Shown here: positions 16,001 to 23,900 of the stretch, piece after piece
Position numbering within the stretch: the stretch's first letter is position 1
Layout of the letters: every line of letters starts with the position of its first letter
From: Candidatus Thalassarchaeaceae archaeon
GTDB taxonomy: Archaea > Thermoplasmatota > Poseidoniia > Poseidoniales > Thalassarchaeaceae
Length of the DNA stretch: 32,000 nt
NCBI GenBank assembly: GCA_045568075.1
Contig: JBJLBP010000001.1
Span: 810,001 to 842,000, forward strand
Direction of reading: 5' to 3'
The notes under the pieces: generated by a model
What the model saw: the letters and a program-made list of their open reading frames with translations, nothing else
The model's database searches: none
Told to the model about the DNA's origin: nothing
Program-made: the position numbers and the translations under genes

Positions 16001-17296
16001 TACACATTCACAATCTGGGCCTCAGACTCTGACTTCTGCAATGGAGAATTAGATGAGTGCGAGCCGGCAGTGCTCGACCTTGAAATCGATAACCAGAATG
16101 CTAGACCATTTGTCAGCCTCACCACACCTCAAAGTGGACAGATATACGAGGTGAGTGAAGAGTCCATCATCAGCGGAGTCGCTCGAGATAATGATGGAGC
16201 AATTACGCGTGTCGATGTCGAGGTACTCGACGTCGCTAATGGTTACATCAACATCTACACAGGAACAGTCACTGACATCGCTCAGAATGGTTATTGGGAA
16301 TTGGAATGGAATTCCAATGTCATGATGCACAATATGCAGTATCTCATCAAGGCCCGCTCCTACGATGGAATCGATTTCAGCGACTGGTTAGAAGTCCAAG
16401 TCGTCGCCGACAATCCTCCGAATGCAGATAACAATCGTCCAACATTCGATGGCAGCTCTTGGGCTTCCGAAGTAAGCCTCTATTGTGAGGTGGACACTAC
16501 CTCCCAAAATCCATGCACGAAAGCCGAGATTCATTTATTGGATTACTTCGATGATGTTGATGGCGTGAATAATCTCATTCTCTCTGTCTATGATGACTCC
16601 GCTCGCTCATCCGACGACGAATTTGGTCTAGTAATCAACATCGGAATCGATGGCGTAGCAATCTACGACCCTAAGTCGATGGGATTCTACAACGAAGATA
16701 TAGAAACATGGTCACTGAGTAATGTCATCTTCGTCGCAACCGATCCTCATGGGTCGAAGGAAATCTCCACTCCGGTGTCATTCAATGTAATTCCAATCGA
16801 GTTCTATGTTGGAGATCCCGACCAGACTACCGCTGGAAAGGGTGAGGTGATTACTTTCACTGGAATTGGATTGCCTGGTAAGACGGTCCGTGTGACATTG
16901 GGCGGCACTCAGATTAATTCAACCGTGGTGTTAGAGGATTCGACTTGGGAGCTTGGTATACCTGGATCGATGATTAGCCGAACGATCAACCCAGTATTCA
17001 CAATCAGTGGCTCAGATCCGATTGAAGGAATTGCCATCTCTCCTCCTACTGAAGAAGGAGGTATGGGTGCTATGACGGTGATTCTCATCGTCGTTGTACT
17101 CCTCGCAGGTATCGGTGCAGCGCTTTTCTTCAGTGGAGTAGTATCCTTCGAAGAAGATGACGACAGCGATGATGAAAATTCTGAAGAAAATGCTAGTTCT
17201 TCAACTGGAGAATTGATGCGCAGCGACGAGCATCCAGGATGGCTCTGGGATCCGCAGAAGGAAGAATGGGTACCTGATCCAGACCACATCGCTTGA
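13058..17296 (+). CDS. Large surface protein (1,412 aa): signal peptide, right-handed beta-helix (PbH1/NosD-like) region, Ig-like modules, TM anchor, acidic cytoplasmic tail
   Basis: Signal peptide 'MMSERARSHFLVMLMLMSTTVALIGPATPVSA|TNE'. The beta-helix rungs are listed under the 13160-14740 sub-feature. Ig-like modules begin 'APSVSVIQEDG..LTGSAFDG', 'EAPSVSVTSPSS..VTFEGSAHDP' and 'ARPFVSLTTPQSGQ..ISGVARDNDGAITRVDVEV'. Confidence 0.85.
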   Translation: MMSERARSHFLVMLMLMSTTVALIGPATPVSATNETTGGTITGTETWSGSHQITDDVSVAAGAKLIIEPGTTITFPNGTMLDVRGNLCAGVSACGASGNAGANNPITLTWTEPAVSNATGECYGLGSGNSKIWIRDSSCGEGVILRDSMDLSESGMRNMHFNGAWGIPFYVQLEYEYRYGALVIDGASPTLRGMKFNDINTTSVLATNLAQPTFIGGEYVAGNDERSGVTGQAVQVYGGGTPISPMIFEGASFQSTNKGCGNRDGGRSAIWASQTFIRIDDSEVTNGDFGFSIRNSAGKITNSSLTVDCNGIDVNSLKAVGDTEYNVEIAFNTISTTEKTPITVYAGADVDIHDNVLEGAGDGSGIAVYSAKAAIHNNVIGPIGGWNGLWLLGSYDVIAENNTIFDTAKEPVLAGEYGSQAPNPTTARLYLANNSISTAGAGACSSNTWWDGPFTCPAIMAHRAGVTIVDNIIDAGGNADGIRSTGSLLDVRRNTFNVQATGAVIQHYERGDTSQQYGSLAFFSNNVWNGVEVTYNISKSSVTVQSEYIPSPPPGQFPVILSWDDQEAWYQNEWQNGVIAHEVRACPSCDDYTPRNFPLALNMDNNSTIFTFSNLSNLDLSKVKINTQPTHYAVQVQRAELVRFQTLVNGQRVENVNVLIEDAHGNDLYSLETDADGYTPWFSLASNFHLDFRGLAGGDNPDGFADDEYEDSCSDGEDNDGDLLFDTEDPDCDYSTGTRELSLYRYTAYRFGYGIDSGEFTLTDTTYQDTLFLENAAPSVSVIQEDGHSFRRVLNLTGSAFDGTWAGIYESDELAQWDQKGYVHAVEIKDPFTSDWSGAGHATDASGAAPEYVSRNNHPFSNWYYNFDMSGRQEGDYTFEFRSFDGLEYSPIITRTIKVNTEAPSVSVTSPSSYSTHSDGTVTFEGSAHDPYGCPFDCGSDIDQIYIQIDGPNYNVVTSTEGSNEWSWTWDFSGLPRELATYTFTIWASDSDFCNGELDECEPAVLDLEIDNQNARPFVSLTTPQSGQIYEVSEESIISGVARDNDGAITRVDVEVLDVANGYINIYTGTVTDIAQNGYWELEWNSNVMMHNMQYLIKARSYDGIDFSDWLEVQVVADNPPNADNNRPTFDGSSWASEVSLYCEVDTTSQNPCTKAEIHLLDYFDDVDGVNNLILSVYDDSARSSDDEFGLVINIGIDGVAIYDPKSMGFYNEDIETWSLSNVIFVATDPHGSKEISTPVSFNVIPIEFYVGDPDQTTAGKGEVITFTGIGLPGKTVRVTLGGTQINSTVVLEDSTWELGIPGSMISRTINPVFTISGSDPIEGIAISPPTEEGGMGAMTVILIVVVLLAGIGAALFFSGVVSFEEDDDSDDENSEENASSSTGELMRSDEHPGWLWDPQKEEWVPDPDHIA
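13160..14740 (+). other. Parallel beta-helix (PbH1 repeat) region
   Basis: Roughly 22-25-aa periodic rungs with N/D-N-x-I/V-x-G motifs: 'IHDNVLEGAGDGSGIAVYS', 'IHNNVIGPIGGWNGLWL', 'AENNTIFDT', 'LANNSISTAG', 'IVDNIIDAGGNADGIRS', 'VRRNTFNV' and 'FSNNVWNG'. Boundaries are approximate. Confidence 0.65.
15194..15253 (+). other. Cys-bracketed acidic loop 'CSDGEDNDGDLLFDTEDPDC' (DxDxDG Ca-binding-like)
   Basis: Read in frame. It is flanked by 'DDEYEDS' and 'DYS' and sits between the beta-helix and the Ig-like modules. Confidence 0.5.
17069..17293 (+). other. TM helix plus 50-aa strongly acidic, Trp-containing cytoplasmic tail
   Basis: 'AMTVILIVVVLLAGIGAALFFSGVV' followed by 'SFEEDDDSDDENSEENASSSTGELMRSDEHPGWLWDPQKEEWVPDPDHIA'. 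Confidence 0.75.
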
Positions 17297-17357
17297 TGAG
17301 TCAAGACGGTCCGCTCCGCGGATACTTTCTTGAGTGGCACGAATTGCTCACCGGTTA

Positions 17358-19886
17358 ATGGCAACCATGGCTGTTCCCCGACCGGGGGTTCAGGAGCGTA
17401 TCCTACTTCATCTGAGGGATTACGTCGATTATGCGGACAAGGTCGAGGTTCCATTCGCAATATCTCAGATGGGAATAGCTAATGCAGTTGCAATCGCAAG
17501 GTCGAATGTCCCGCGAGCAATCGCTGGTATGAAAGAATCAGGCCATCTCATCGAGAGGCAAGCCCACGTCTCTGGTGTATCTCGAAAGCGCAAGGCCTAC
17601 TTTCTCACATCGGATGGTGTCAATCTCGCCGACGACATTTGGGTGAAGGTCAGCGAACAACCTGTCCGACTTATCCACGCAGATGGCCGAGCAGAGAATC
17701 TTGACTTACGAGCCGCATTGGAGAGTACCGAATTACCCCTGAGGCACGTCGATATACTCCGATACCTCGATCATAGCGGCACGGTAGATCTCTCCACGCT
17801 ATCGCCTGATCTTATTGAGCGAGATCTCTCAAAGCATATTGAGAAACAATTGGTCAATTCTCTCAATGATTTACCGAGGACACGTCGATTCTTTGGGCGT
17901 GACCATGAAATCAGCCAAATGGCCGATATTCTTGAGGCTCAATCGACTACACTCCTAGTCCCGGGAATTGCTGGAATCGGTAAGACCGCTCTTGCCGCCA
18001 AGTTGCTAGAGCGATTTACTCACCGCAGGAATATGTTGTATCACAGGTGTCAAGATTGGGAGGGTTCGAGAGCCTTCCTTGAGGCCTGTGCTGAATGGCT
18101 CTCGATGATTGGGAATAATGATCTCAGTGATTACGTTTCATCGACACCAGTTCCTCAAGTAACTATGGCCGTCAATCTAATTGTTGAGGGTCTAGAGAAT
18201 TCTCCGGCACTCATCGTCATCGATGACTTGCACAAGGTCGCCGATGAAAATTTCGTTGCAATTCTTCGAGGCCTCACACTGCGAGTACCCGAATCGAATG
18301 AATTGGGTCTCGTTATGTTCTCCCGCTCATTCAGAATGGTTGTACCTGAAGCCGATTCAAGTGGAACAACGGTCACTCACTTCATCCCGCTCGAAGGACT
18401 TGACCAGGATTCGAGTCGACAAATTCTGACCGCAATGCCCGACATAGATCTGCAACAATTCTTGCACATCTACACATTATCGCGAGGCCACCCTCTAGTT
18501 TTGGAACTCATCAACAGAGGGAGCGTTGGTGAAACCTTCCACGCAACCCTTGAAGCATTCGTCGAGAAGGAGATTTTCAGTAAGTTATCCGGTCCTCAGA
18601 AGCGCTTACTTGGTGCAATCGCTGTATTCAGGGAACCGATGCCTCTAGAGTCTCTAATTGGTCTCAATGCTGACATAGATTTGCTTGATGATTTGGTAGA
18701 GAAGGGATTGGCTCGTAGAGTCGATACGGATTTCTATGATGTCCACGATTTGGTCAGAGAGTTCCTCGTCCGTTCGATGGATGAATCTCTCAAAGCGGAA
18801 CTTCACACGAATGCAGTTGAGTGGTATAGAACAAGGACCGAGACCGCTGCGGAAAAAATCGAATTCATCTATCACCTCAACGCATCGGGGGATTTGGAAA
18901 CCCTTGCTGAAGTACTCCAGAGAAGCGGTCGAGAGTTGGTCAAATCGGGTCATATCGAACTGTTGGGAATACTCAGAGGTCTCGAATCAGATGGATTCGA
19001 TGCAGTGCATTGGGGACTTATTCGTGAATTGCGGGGTGACATCCTCTCTCTCCAAGGACGCTGGGTCGAGGCTGAGGAGGAATATGCAGCTGCGATTCCG
19101 GTTGCTAGAAAGCACAAGCGAGCTACGAGCCTAGCTCGGCTGATGACTGCTCGCGCCGATATCGCAGTCAAGCGTGGTGCAATGGATGATGCACTCGAAC
19201 TTCATCGACAAGCGTTGGAAATACAGATTGCTGCGAGAGATGCCGTCGGTGCTGCACGCTCTTACATCAACATGGGCTACATCTTCCGTCGTCGCAGAGA
19301 TACAAGACATGCTCTCGAAGTTTACAGCAATGTCGAGGAACTACTCGATGCCGAAGATGATCCAGAATTGATGGATGCTAGAGTTCGCCTAGCAGCAGCA
19401 TTCCTCGAAATGGGAGAGCTCGACCGTGCCCGTGATCACGCCCTTGCTGCTCACGATGGTACCATCGACAAGGGTATGGATACACTACACGCCCGCAGCA
19501 GAGCGGTTTTGGGCCGGTATTATGCTAATGTCAAAGATAATGATCTTGCCTTGCTACACTATTCTGCAGCACTCGAGATTCTCTCTGAAGCGACAGACCC
19601 GCATAGCGCGGTCGAGGTGGAAATTCTTCTCGGCCAAGTCCTCAGCGATGCTGGCCGAAAAGCCGAGGCAGCCGAGCACTATCTAGACGGACTCTCCGTT
19701 GCGGAATCCAACGATTTCCGTCTCTTACAAGGAGAACTGCTTGCTCGCCTGGGCGAGGTCGAAACCGACCGTTCGGCGAGAATGAACTATCTCCAACGAT
19801 CTCTAACTGTATTCCGAGAGCTCGGAGCAGTTGACCGTATGCGTGATGTTCAGTCTGCGGTTCACCGAGCCATCATGGGCCACTGA
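17358..19886 (+). CDS. wHTH - STAND/AAA P-loop ATPase - TPR signal-transduction regulator
   Basis: N-terminal winged-helix-like 'QERILLHL...ISQMGIANAVAIARSNVPRAIAGMKESGHLIERQ...RKRKAYFLTSDG'. 'FFGRDHEISQM', then Walker A 'VPGIAGIGKTALA' (17964-17987) and Walker B 'ALIVIDDLH' (18210-18233). The C-terminal ~290 aa contains TPR-like helical repeats ('WVEAEEEYAAAI', 'MDDALELHRQALEI', 'GAARSYINMGYIF', 'LDRARDHALAA', 'NDLALLHYSAALEI', 'KAEAAEHYLDGL'). The ORF opens at TTG 17334; ATG 17358/17367 is the more likely start. Confidence 0.8.
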   Translation: MATMAVPRPGVQERILLHLRDYVDYADKVEVPFAISQMGIANAVAIARSNVPRAIAGMKESGHLIERQAHVSGVSRKRKAYFLTSDGVNLADDIWVKVSEQPVRLIHADGRAENLDLRAALESTELPLRHVDILRYLDHSGTVDLSTLSPDLIERDLSKHIEKQLVNSLNDLPRTRRFFGRDHEISQMADILEAQSTTLLVPGIAGIGKTALAAKLLERFTHRRNMLYHRCQDWEGSRAFLEACAEWLSMIGNNDLSDYVSSTPVPQVTMAVNLIVEGLENSPALIVIDDLHKVADENFVAILRGLTLRVPESNELGLVMFSRSFRMVVPEADSSGTTVTHFIPLEGLDQDSSRQILTAMPDIDLQQFLHIYTLSRGHPLVLELINRGSVGETFHATLEAFVEKEIFSKLSGPQKRLLGAIAVFREPMPLESLIGLNADIDLLDDLVEKGLARRVDTDFYDVHDLVREFLVRSMDESLKAELHTNAVEWYRTRTETAAEKIEFIYHLNASGDLETLAEVLQRSGRELVKSGHIELLGILRGLESDGFDAVHWGLIRELRGDILSLQGRWVEAEEEYAAAIPVARKHKRATSLARLMTARADIAVKRGAMDDALELHRQALEIQIAARDAVGAARSYINMGYIFRRRRDTRHALEVYSNVEELLDAEDDPELMDARVRLAAAFLEMGELDRARDHALAAHDGTIDKGMDTLHARSRAVLGRYYANVKDNDLALLHYSAALEILSEATDPHSAVEVEILLGQVLSDAGRKAEAAEHYLDGLSVAESNDFRLLQGELLARLGEVETDRSARMNYLQRSLTVFRELGAVDRMRDVQSAVHRAIMGH

Positions 19887-19908
19887 TTAGCAAAGTCAGA
19901 ACCCCGAG

Positions 19909-20718
19909 TCAAGTCGTATTACTAATGCGCTCAGGCTCGCTTTGACCGAGCCAATTGGAAAATTCGGGACCTTCTTGCCCACAAATTGAGAGCACACCAT
20001 CGAAGCGCTCACCAATTTGGTGCAAAACTTCTGATTCTGCCAAATGTGGAGCATTGTTTTTCTCGGACAAATGGCAAAGAACAACGCTTTGCAATCCAGG
20101 GTGCAGGACTTCGGTCAATATGTCTGCAGTCTGCTCATTTGAAAGGTGACCTCCCCTGCCTGAAATCCGCCTTTTCAACGAGGGAGGATAAGGCCCAGAG
20201 ATTAGCCGCCCCAAGTCGTAATTTGCCTCGATAGAAATGTGCTCACAACCGGAAAGATGCTTCATCAACTCAAGCGTCGGCTCACCTAAATCTGTTACAA
20301 TTGCAGCCCTCCGGCCATCTCCATTACTAGCGATAATTCCAACATTATCCGCATCATCATGAGGTACTGGTACTGGCAATAAACTCAGGTCATCGGCGAT
20401 GTGCAATCTCTCCAATCCTTCGAAAGTCCGAACTTCTGAAATCGGTTCCAATCCCAATCTCATCGTAGTCTCAAGATTAGCATACAAGCGTGCCCCCCAT
20501 TTCTTCGAAGCGCGTGCAGCCGATTTCGAGTGATCTGAGTGGTGATGACTCACAACGATGGCATTTACCGAGCTCCCCTCGACTCCTACCATAGCCAATC
20601 TCGCTTCCATCTGCTTTAGAGAGAATCCGCAGTCAACGATCACGCGAGTCTCACCCGTAGAAAGCAGTGTGGCGTTGCCTCGACTACCACTTCCCAGATG
20701 CGTTATCTCTAGACCCAT
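19909..20718 (-). CDS. MBL-fold metallo-hydrolase (YycJ/PhnP-like)
   Basis: 'LGSGSRGNATLL', 'VIVDCG', HxHxDH motif 'VVSHHHSDHS', 'IVTDLG' and the late 'GHLSNEQ' motif typical of this subfamily. It is convergent with the STAND gene, with a 22-bp gap. Confidence 0.8.
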   Translation of the reverse strand: MGLEITHLGSGSRGNATLLSTGETRVIVDCGFSLKQMEARLAMVGVEGSSVNAIVVSHHHSDHSKSAARASKKWGARLYANLETTMRLGLEPISEVRTFEGLERLHIADDLSLLPVPVPHDDADNVGIIASNGDGRRAAIVTDLGEPTLELMKHLSGCEHISIEANYDLGRLISGPYPPSLKRRISGRGGHLSNEQTADILTEVLHPGLQSVVLCHLSEKNNAPHLAESEVLHQIGERFDGVLSICGQEGPEFSNWLGQSEPERISNTT

Positions 20719-20809
20719 CGAACCATTTCAACCGGCGTCGCAGTCGGGTCTTCAATACGACCCCAACAAGCCCTTCATACACCCCGAACAGTCACCCCCT
20801 TCTCGCGCG

Positions 20810-20826
20810 CGACGGCGGAGCCGTCG
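20810..20826. other. Intergenic mini-hairpin CGACGGC-GGA-GCCGTCG (7-bp stem, 3-nt loop)
   Basis: Perfect inverted repeat in the divergent MBL / TSP3-giant spacer. It cannot be a terminator for either gene. Confidence 0.25.
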
Positions 20827-20906
20827 GCCAAGTGTCTCCCCCAGATGTCCGAACGACGCTCCATCATCGTCATAAGTCAAGCAAGAGCGCTCGCGATTGT
20901 CCAGAC

Positions 20907-20911
20907 GAGGT
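20907..20911 (+). promoter_or_regulatory. Shine-Dalgarno-like GAGGT
   Basis: 'acGAGGTcatatcATG', 6 nt before ATG 20918. This supports ATG 20918 over the TTG 20897 listed in the ORF track. Confidence 0.4.
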
Positions 20912-20917
20912 CATATC

Positions 20918-23900
20918 ATGCGACGCAAGCAAACCGCTTTCTTCGTGACCCTACTCATACTGAGTAGTCTCGTCTTCGTATCCCAGACTCGGCCACAGGC
21001 CCCCGTATCCTCAGTAGACCCTCCAGACCAACCAGGTTCTGGGCCGATGGCGGTGGACCAAGATGAGGATCTCATCCCAGATATCCACGAGGTGATATTC
21101 GGAGAGGCACGCCATATTGATACTCCATTTGGAATCATAGTCATCGATGGCCTCGATCCGATGAATGGCTCTGATAATATCACCGACTTCGATCGGGATG
21201 GGGCGAGCGCCCTGATGGAATATTGCTGGCCCTGGACGCTCGACACATGTTTCACCGAACGTCTTTCGTTGACAGGTAAATCCCCAGATGAAACGGAATC
21301 GGGTTTCCGAGAGTATCTCGACCCTCGTGAATCTGATAGTGATGGGGACGGACTGCCTGACGGTTTTGAGATTTACATGTGCACCGAGGGCGGTACAGGA
21401 TACCAAAACCAAGCGACCAGTGAATGGGTCTGCCTCTACTTCGACCCGCTTGACAGCTCGGATCTGGTCGAAGATGCCGATCTCTGTGTGGACCAAGCGA
21501 GCCAGTGGGGTTGCGGCGATGGATTCGACGTAAACCGTGACGGCGAGATAGATATCGGTGAAAGATACACAAATACTGAGGAATATTGGTTCGGCGCACC
21601 AGATGGTTGGCTGACCGAAAGGGATGGCTTGTGGTGCGCCGGTAAAATGCCGAATTTGCATGCTGACGCTTGTCAGACCGATGTTGAGCGTCCAACTGGA
21701 GATGATGGTTGGTTGGGCACCGATCCTCGAAGAATCGATTCTGACCATTACACTTGGAGCGAATTGATTCCAACCAGCCTCGCCGTACCAGGTGATGGAA
21801 TTCCTGATGGATGGGAAGCATATCACGGCCTCGATCCTCGAAATGCCAGCGATGCGGTAATCGATAGCGATTCAGATGGTTGGGATATCGATCGCGATGG
21901 TTTCATCATTCCAGATTCATCAATTGCCACCGCTCGATGGGGAGAGGCATTCAGTAATTTTGAGGAATACATGCTCCATCTCGATAGCGGCAATTGGGTT
22001 CGTCCAGGATTGAGGGCTTCGATGCTTACGGATGAGCCAGTAGAGACGATGTTCTTCGATCAGGGTACGGATCCTATGCTCGTCGATGGTCGAGTTCACA
22101 CAGTGATTCCCGACCAAGGTCGAGACCGTTTGATTATTGGCTCAGCCTATGGAATAACCACCATCGACCCATTCGAAGGTACCTCGTCAACAACTGAACT
22201 TCCCGAGGGAATGGAGATGTTTACGATGATGAGATGGAGCCCTGCATCAGAGGATTACCTCATCATAGGCACCAATCATGGCCTTCACGCTTTGATTCTC
22301 GAAAACGGTCTGCCACAGATCGATACGATGACTGAATCTGATCTTGGGACAGTTCGAGTCATCGAGAGGCTTCAGACCGGCAGTGGGGATCTCGACCTGT
22401 TCATTCTCGGTCAGGGCACAAATGTCTGGACGATGACACTCTCCGAACCTGCTTCGGGCCGAGGTACTCCTGATTTCACTACTCCAGTCTTCATTCAACC
22501 TCTTTCAGATCTCGTCGCCGATGCTGGTGCCTCTCTGACGGAAGTAATTCACGTGCCGATGTCTGGACGAGGTCCAATGCTCATCGTCGGAACTGACAGT
22601 GGAATGATTCGCTGGGACACGACCGATGGAACACCATCCATCGGCAGCCCTTTCTGGATTTACGATACTGACTCGGCGGAGGATTACGTGCAATTTGCCG
22701 ATCTTCTAAATTCCTCTAAATCTGCTGTTGTGAATGTGATGGAGCTCGCTGGCCCAGTCGCTGCCGATGGCTCGCTCGAAGAGGTCACAGGAGTCTGGCT
22801 AGGTACTCCTGGCGGCTTACATCTAATCGATCTCGACCTCTTCGTCGGTCTGCCAGAGCAGGCCTTCAACACCGATCGAATGTTCAACATTGAGCGATGG
22901 GAGGAAGGCGCTAACGACATTCACTCGATTATCGCCCTCCAAAAATGTGTCATCCTCGGTTCGAGGGATGGAACTTGGGCTCTCGAAGGTGGCTCGCATG
23001 GTATCCTTGGATATTTTGACAATCAGACGAGGATGCCTGGTTTAGTCACATCACTCACGACTTTCATCAATGATGGTAATGAGTATCTCTTCGCAGGAGT
23101 ATCACCTGGTCAATACATGAACATCATGCCAATCGACCCGCAGTCATCAGATTCTGACCTCGACGGGATGCCTGATGGTTGGGAATTTGTCTACGGCCTT
23201 GACCCAACTGACCCTTACGACCGTGAGCGTGATGCCGACGCTGACGGAGTTCACTTTGATGTCGCTGGGGTCGAATTCAGTCGCGATTGGAGCAATCTCG
23301 ACGAATACCGCTTTGTCAATACTAGCGAAGGTGGTTTCAACGGCACTGATCCTCGTAATATCGATACCGACGGCGACGGTCTGACCGACGGTCAGGAGTA
23401 TTGGGGATGGTTCGCAGAGTCGACGGAATTCTCTTGTCATTATCTGAATGACGAATACATTTGTGATGATGATGACGGCGAAGAAGCCCTCGACGTCCAC
23501 CTCTCTGGTTGGCTTAACTCCGGAGCTGGCGGAGGAACCGATGGTCCAACCGATCCGACGACTGCTGACAGCGACGGTGATGGAATGCCCGATGGTTGGG
23601 AGATTGAGCACCGTCGTTGGATTGGTGATGTTTACACCGGAGGTAACCTCTGGACTCTTGACCCTCGTGACCCGAGCGATGCGACCATGGATGCTGATGG
23701 AGACGGCCTCGACAACCTCTGTGAATACATGTGGGGCAACTTGCTGGAGACCGTCCTAATCGAAGGCTTACCGACTCATCGAGAGAATGCCAGCGCAGCT
23801 CTCAATTGGACCAAGACCGACCCCAATAACCCCGATTCCGATGGCGATTCTCTGCCTGACGGCTGGGAAGCCCGTTACCAGTGCACTTGGGGTCGTAATA

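Noticed and set aside
16909-17460. 183-aa minus-strand ORF spanning the end of the beta-helix gene and the start of the STAND gene
   Set aside because: It overlaps two well-supported plus-strand genes and is low-complexity (S/P/E-rich) with no motifs.
17334-20718. STAND ATPase plus adjacent MBL-fold hydrolase as an Avs-like antiviral defence pair
   Set aside because: The STAND protein's output domain is a wHTH, not a nuclease or protease effector. The MBL gene is convergent, so it is a separate transcript, and it has the housekeeping YycJ-type 'GHLSN' signature. No other defence genes are nearby. Without homology searches I cannot fully exclude it.
20558-20948. 105-aa and 93-aa plus-strand ORFs across the MBL N-terminus and the divergent spacer
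   Set aside because: They are P/S/R-rich products of a C-rich spacer that overlap the MBL gene antisense. They lack an SD or any motif. The real plus-strand start is ATG 20918, which has a GAGGT box.
21011-21826. Two long minus-strand ORFs (271 aa and 189 aa) inside the TSP3-repeat gene
   Set aside because: They are fully embedded antisense to a 5.7-kb ORF with strong domain signals. Their translations are R/S/P/H-rich with no motifs. The GAY/GGN-rich sense codons naturally suppress antisense stop codons.
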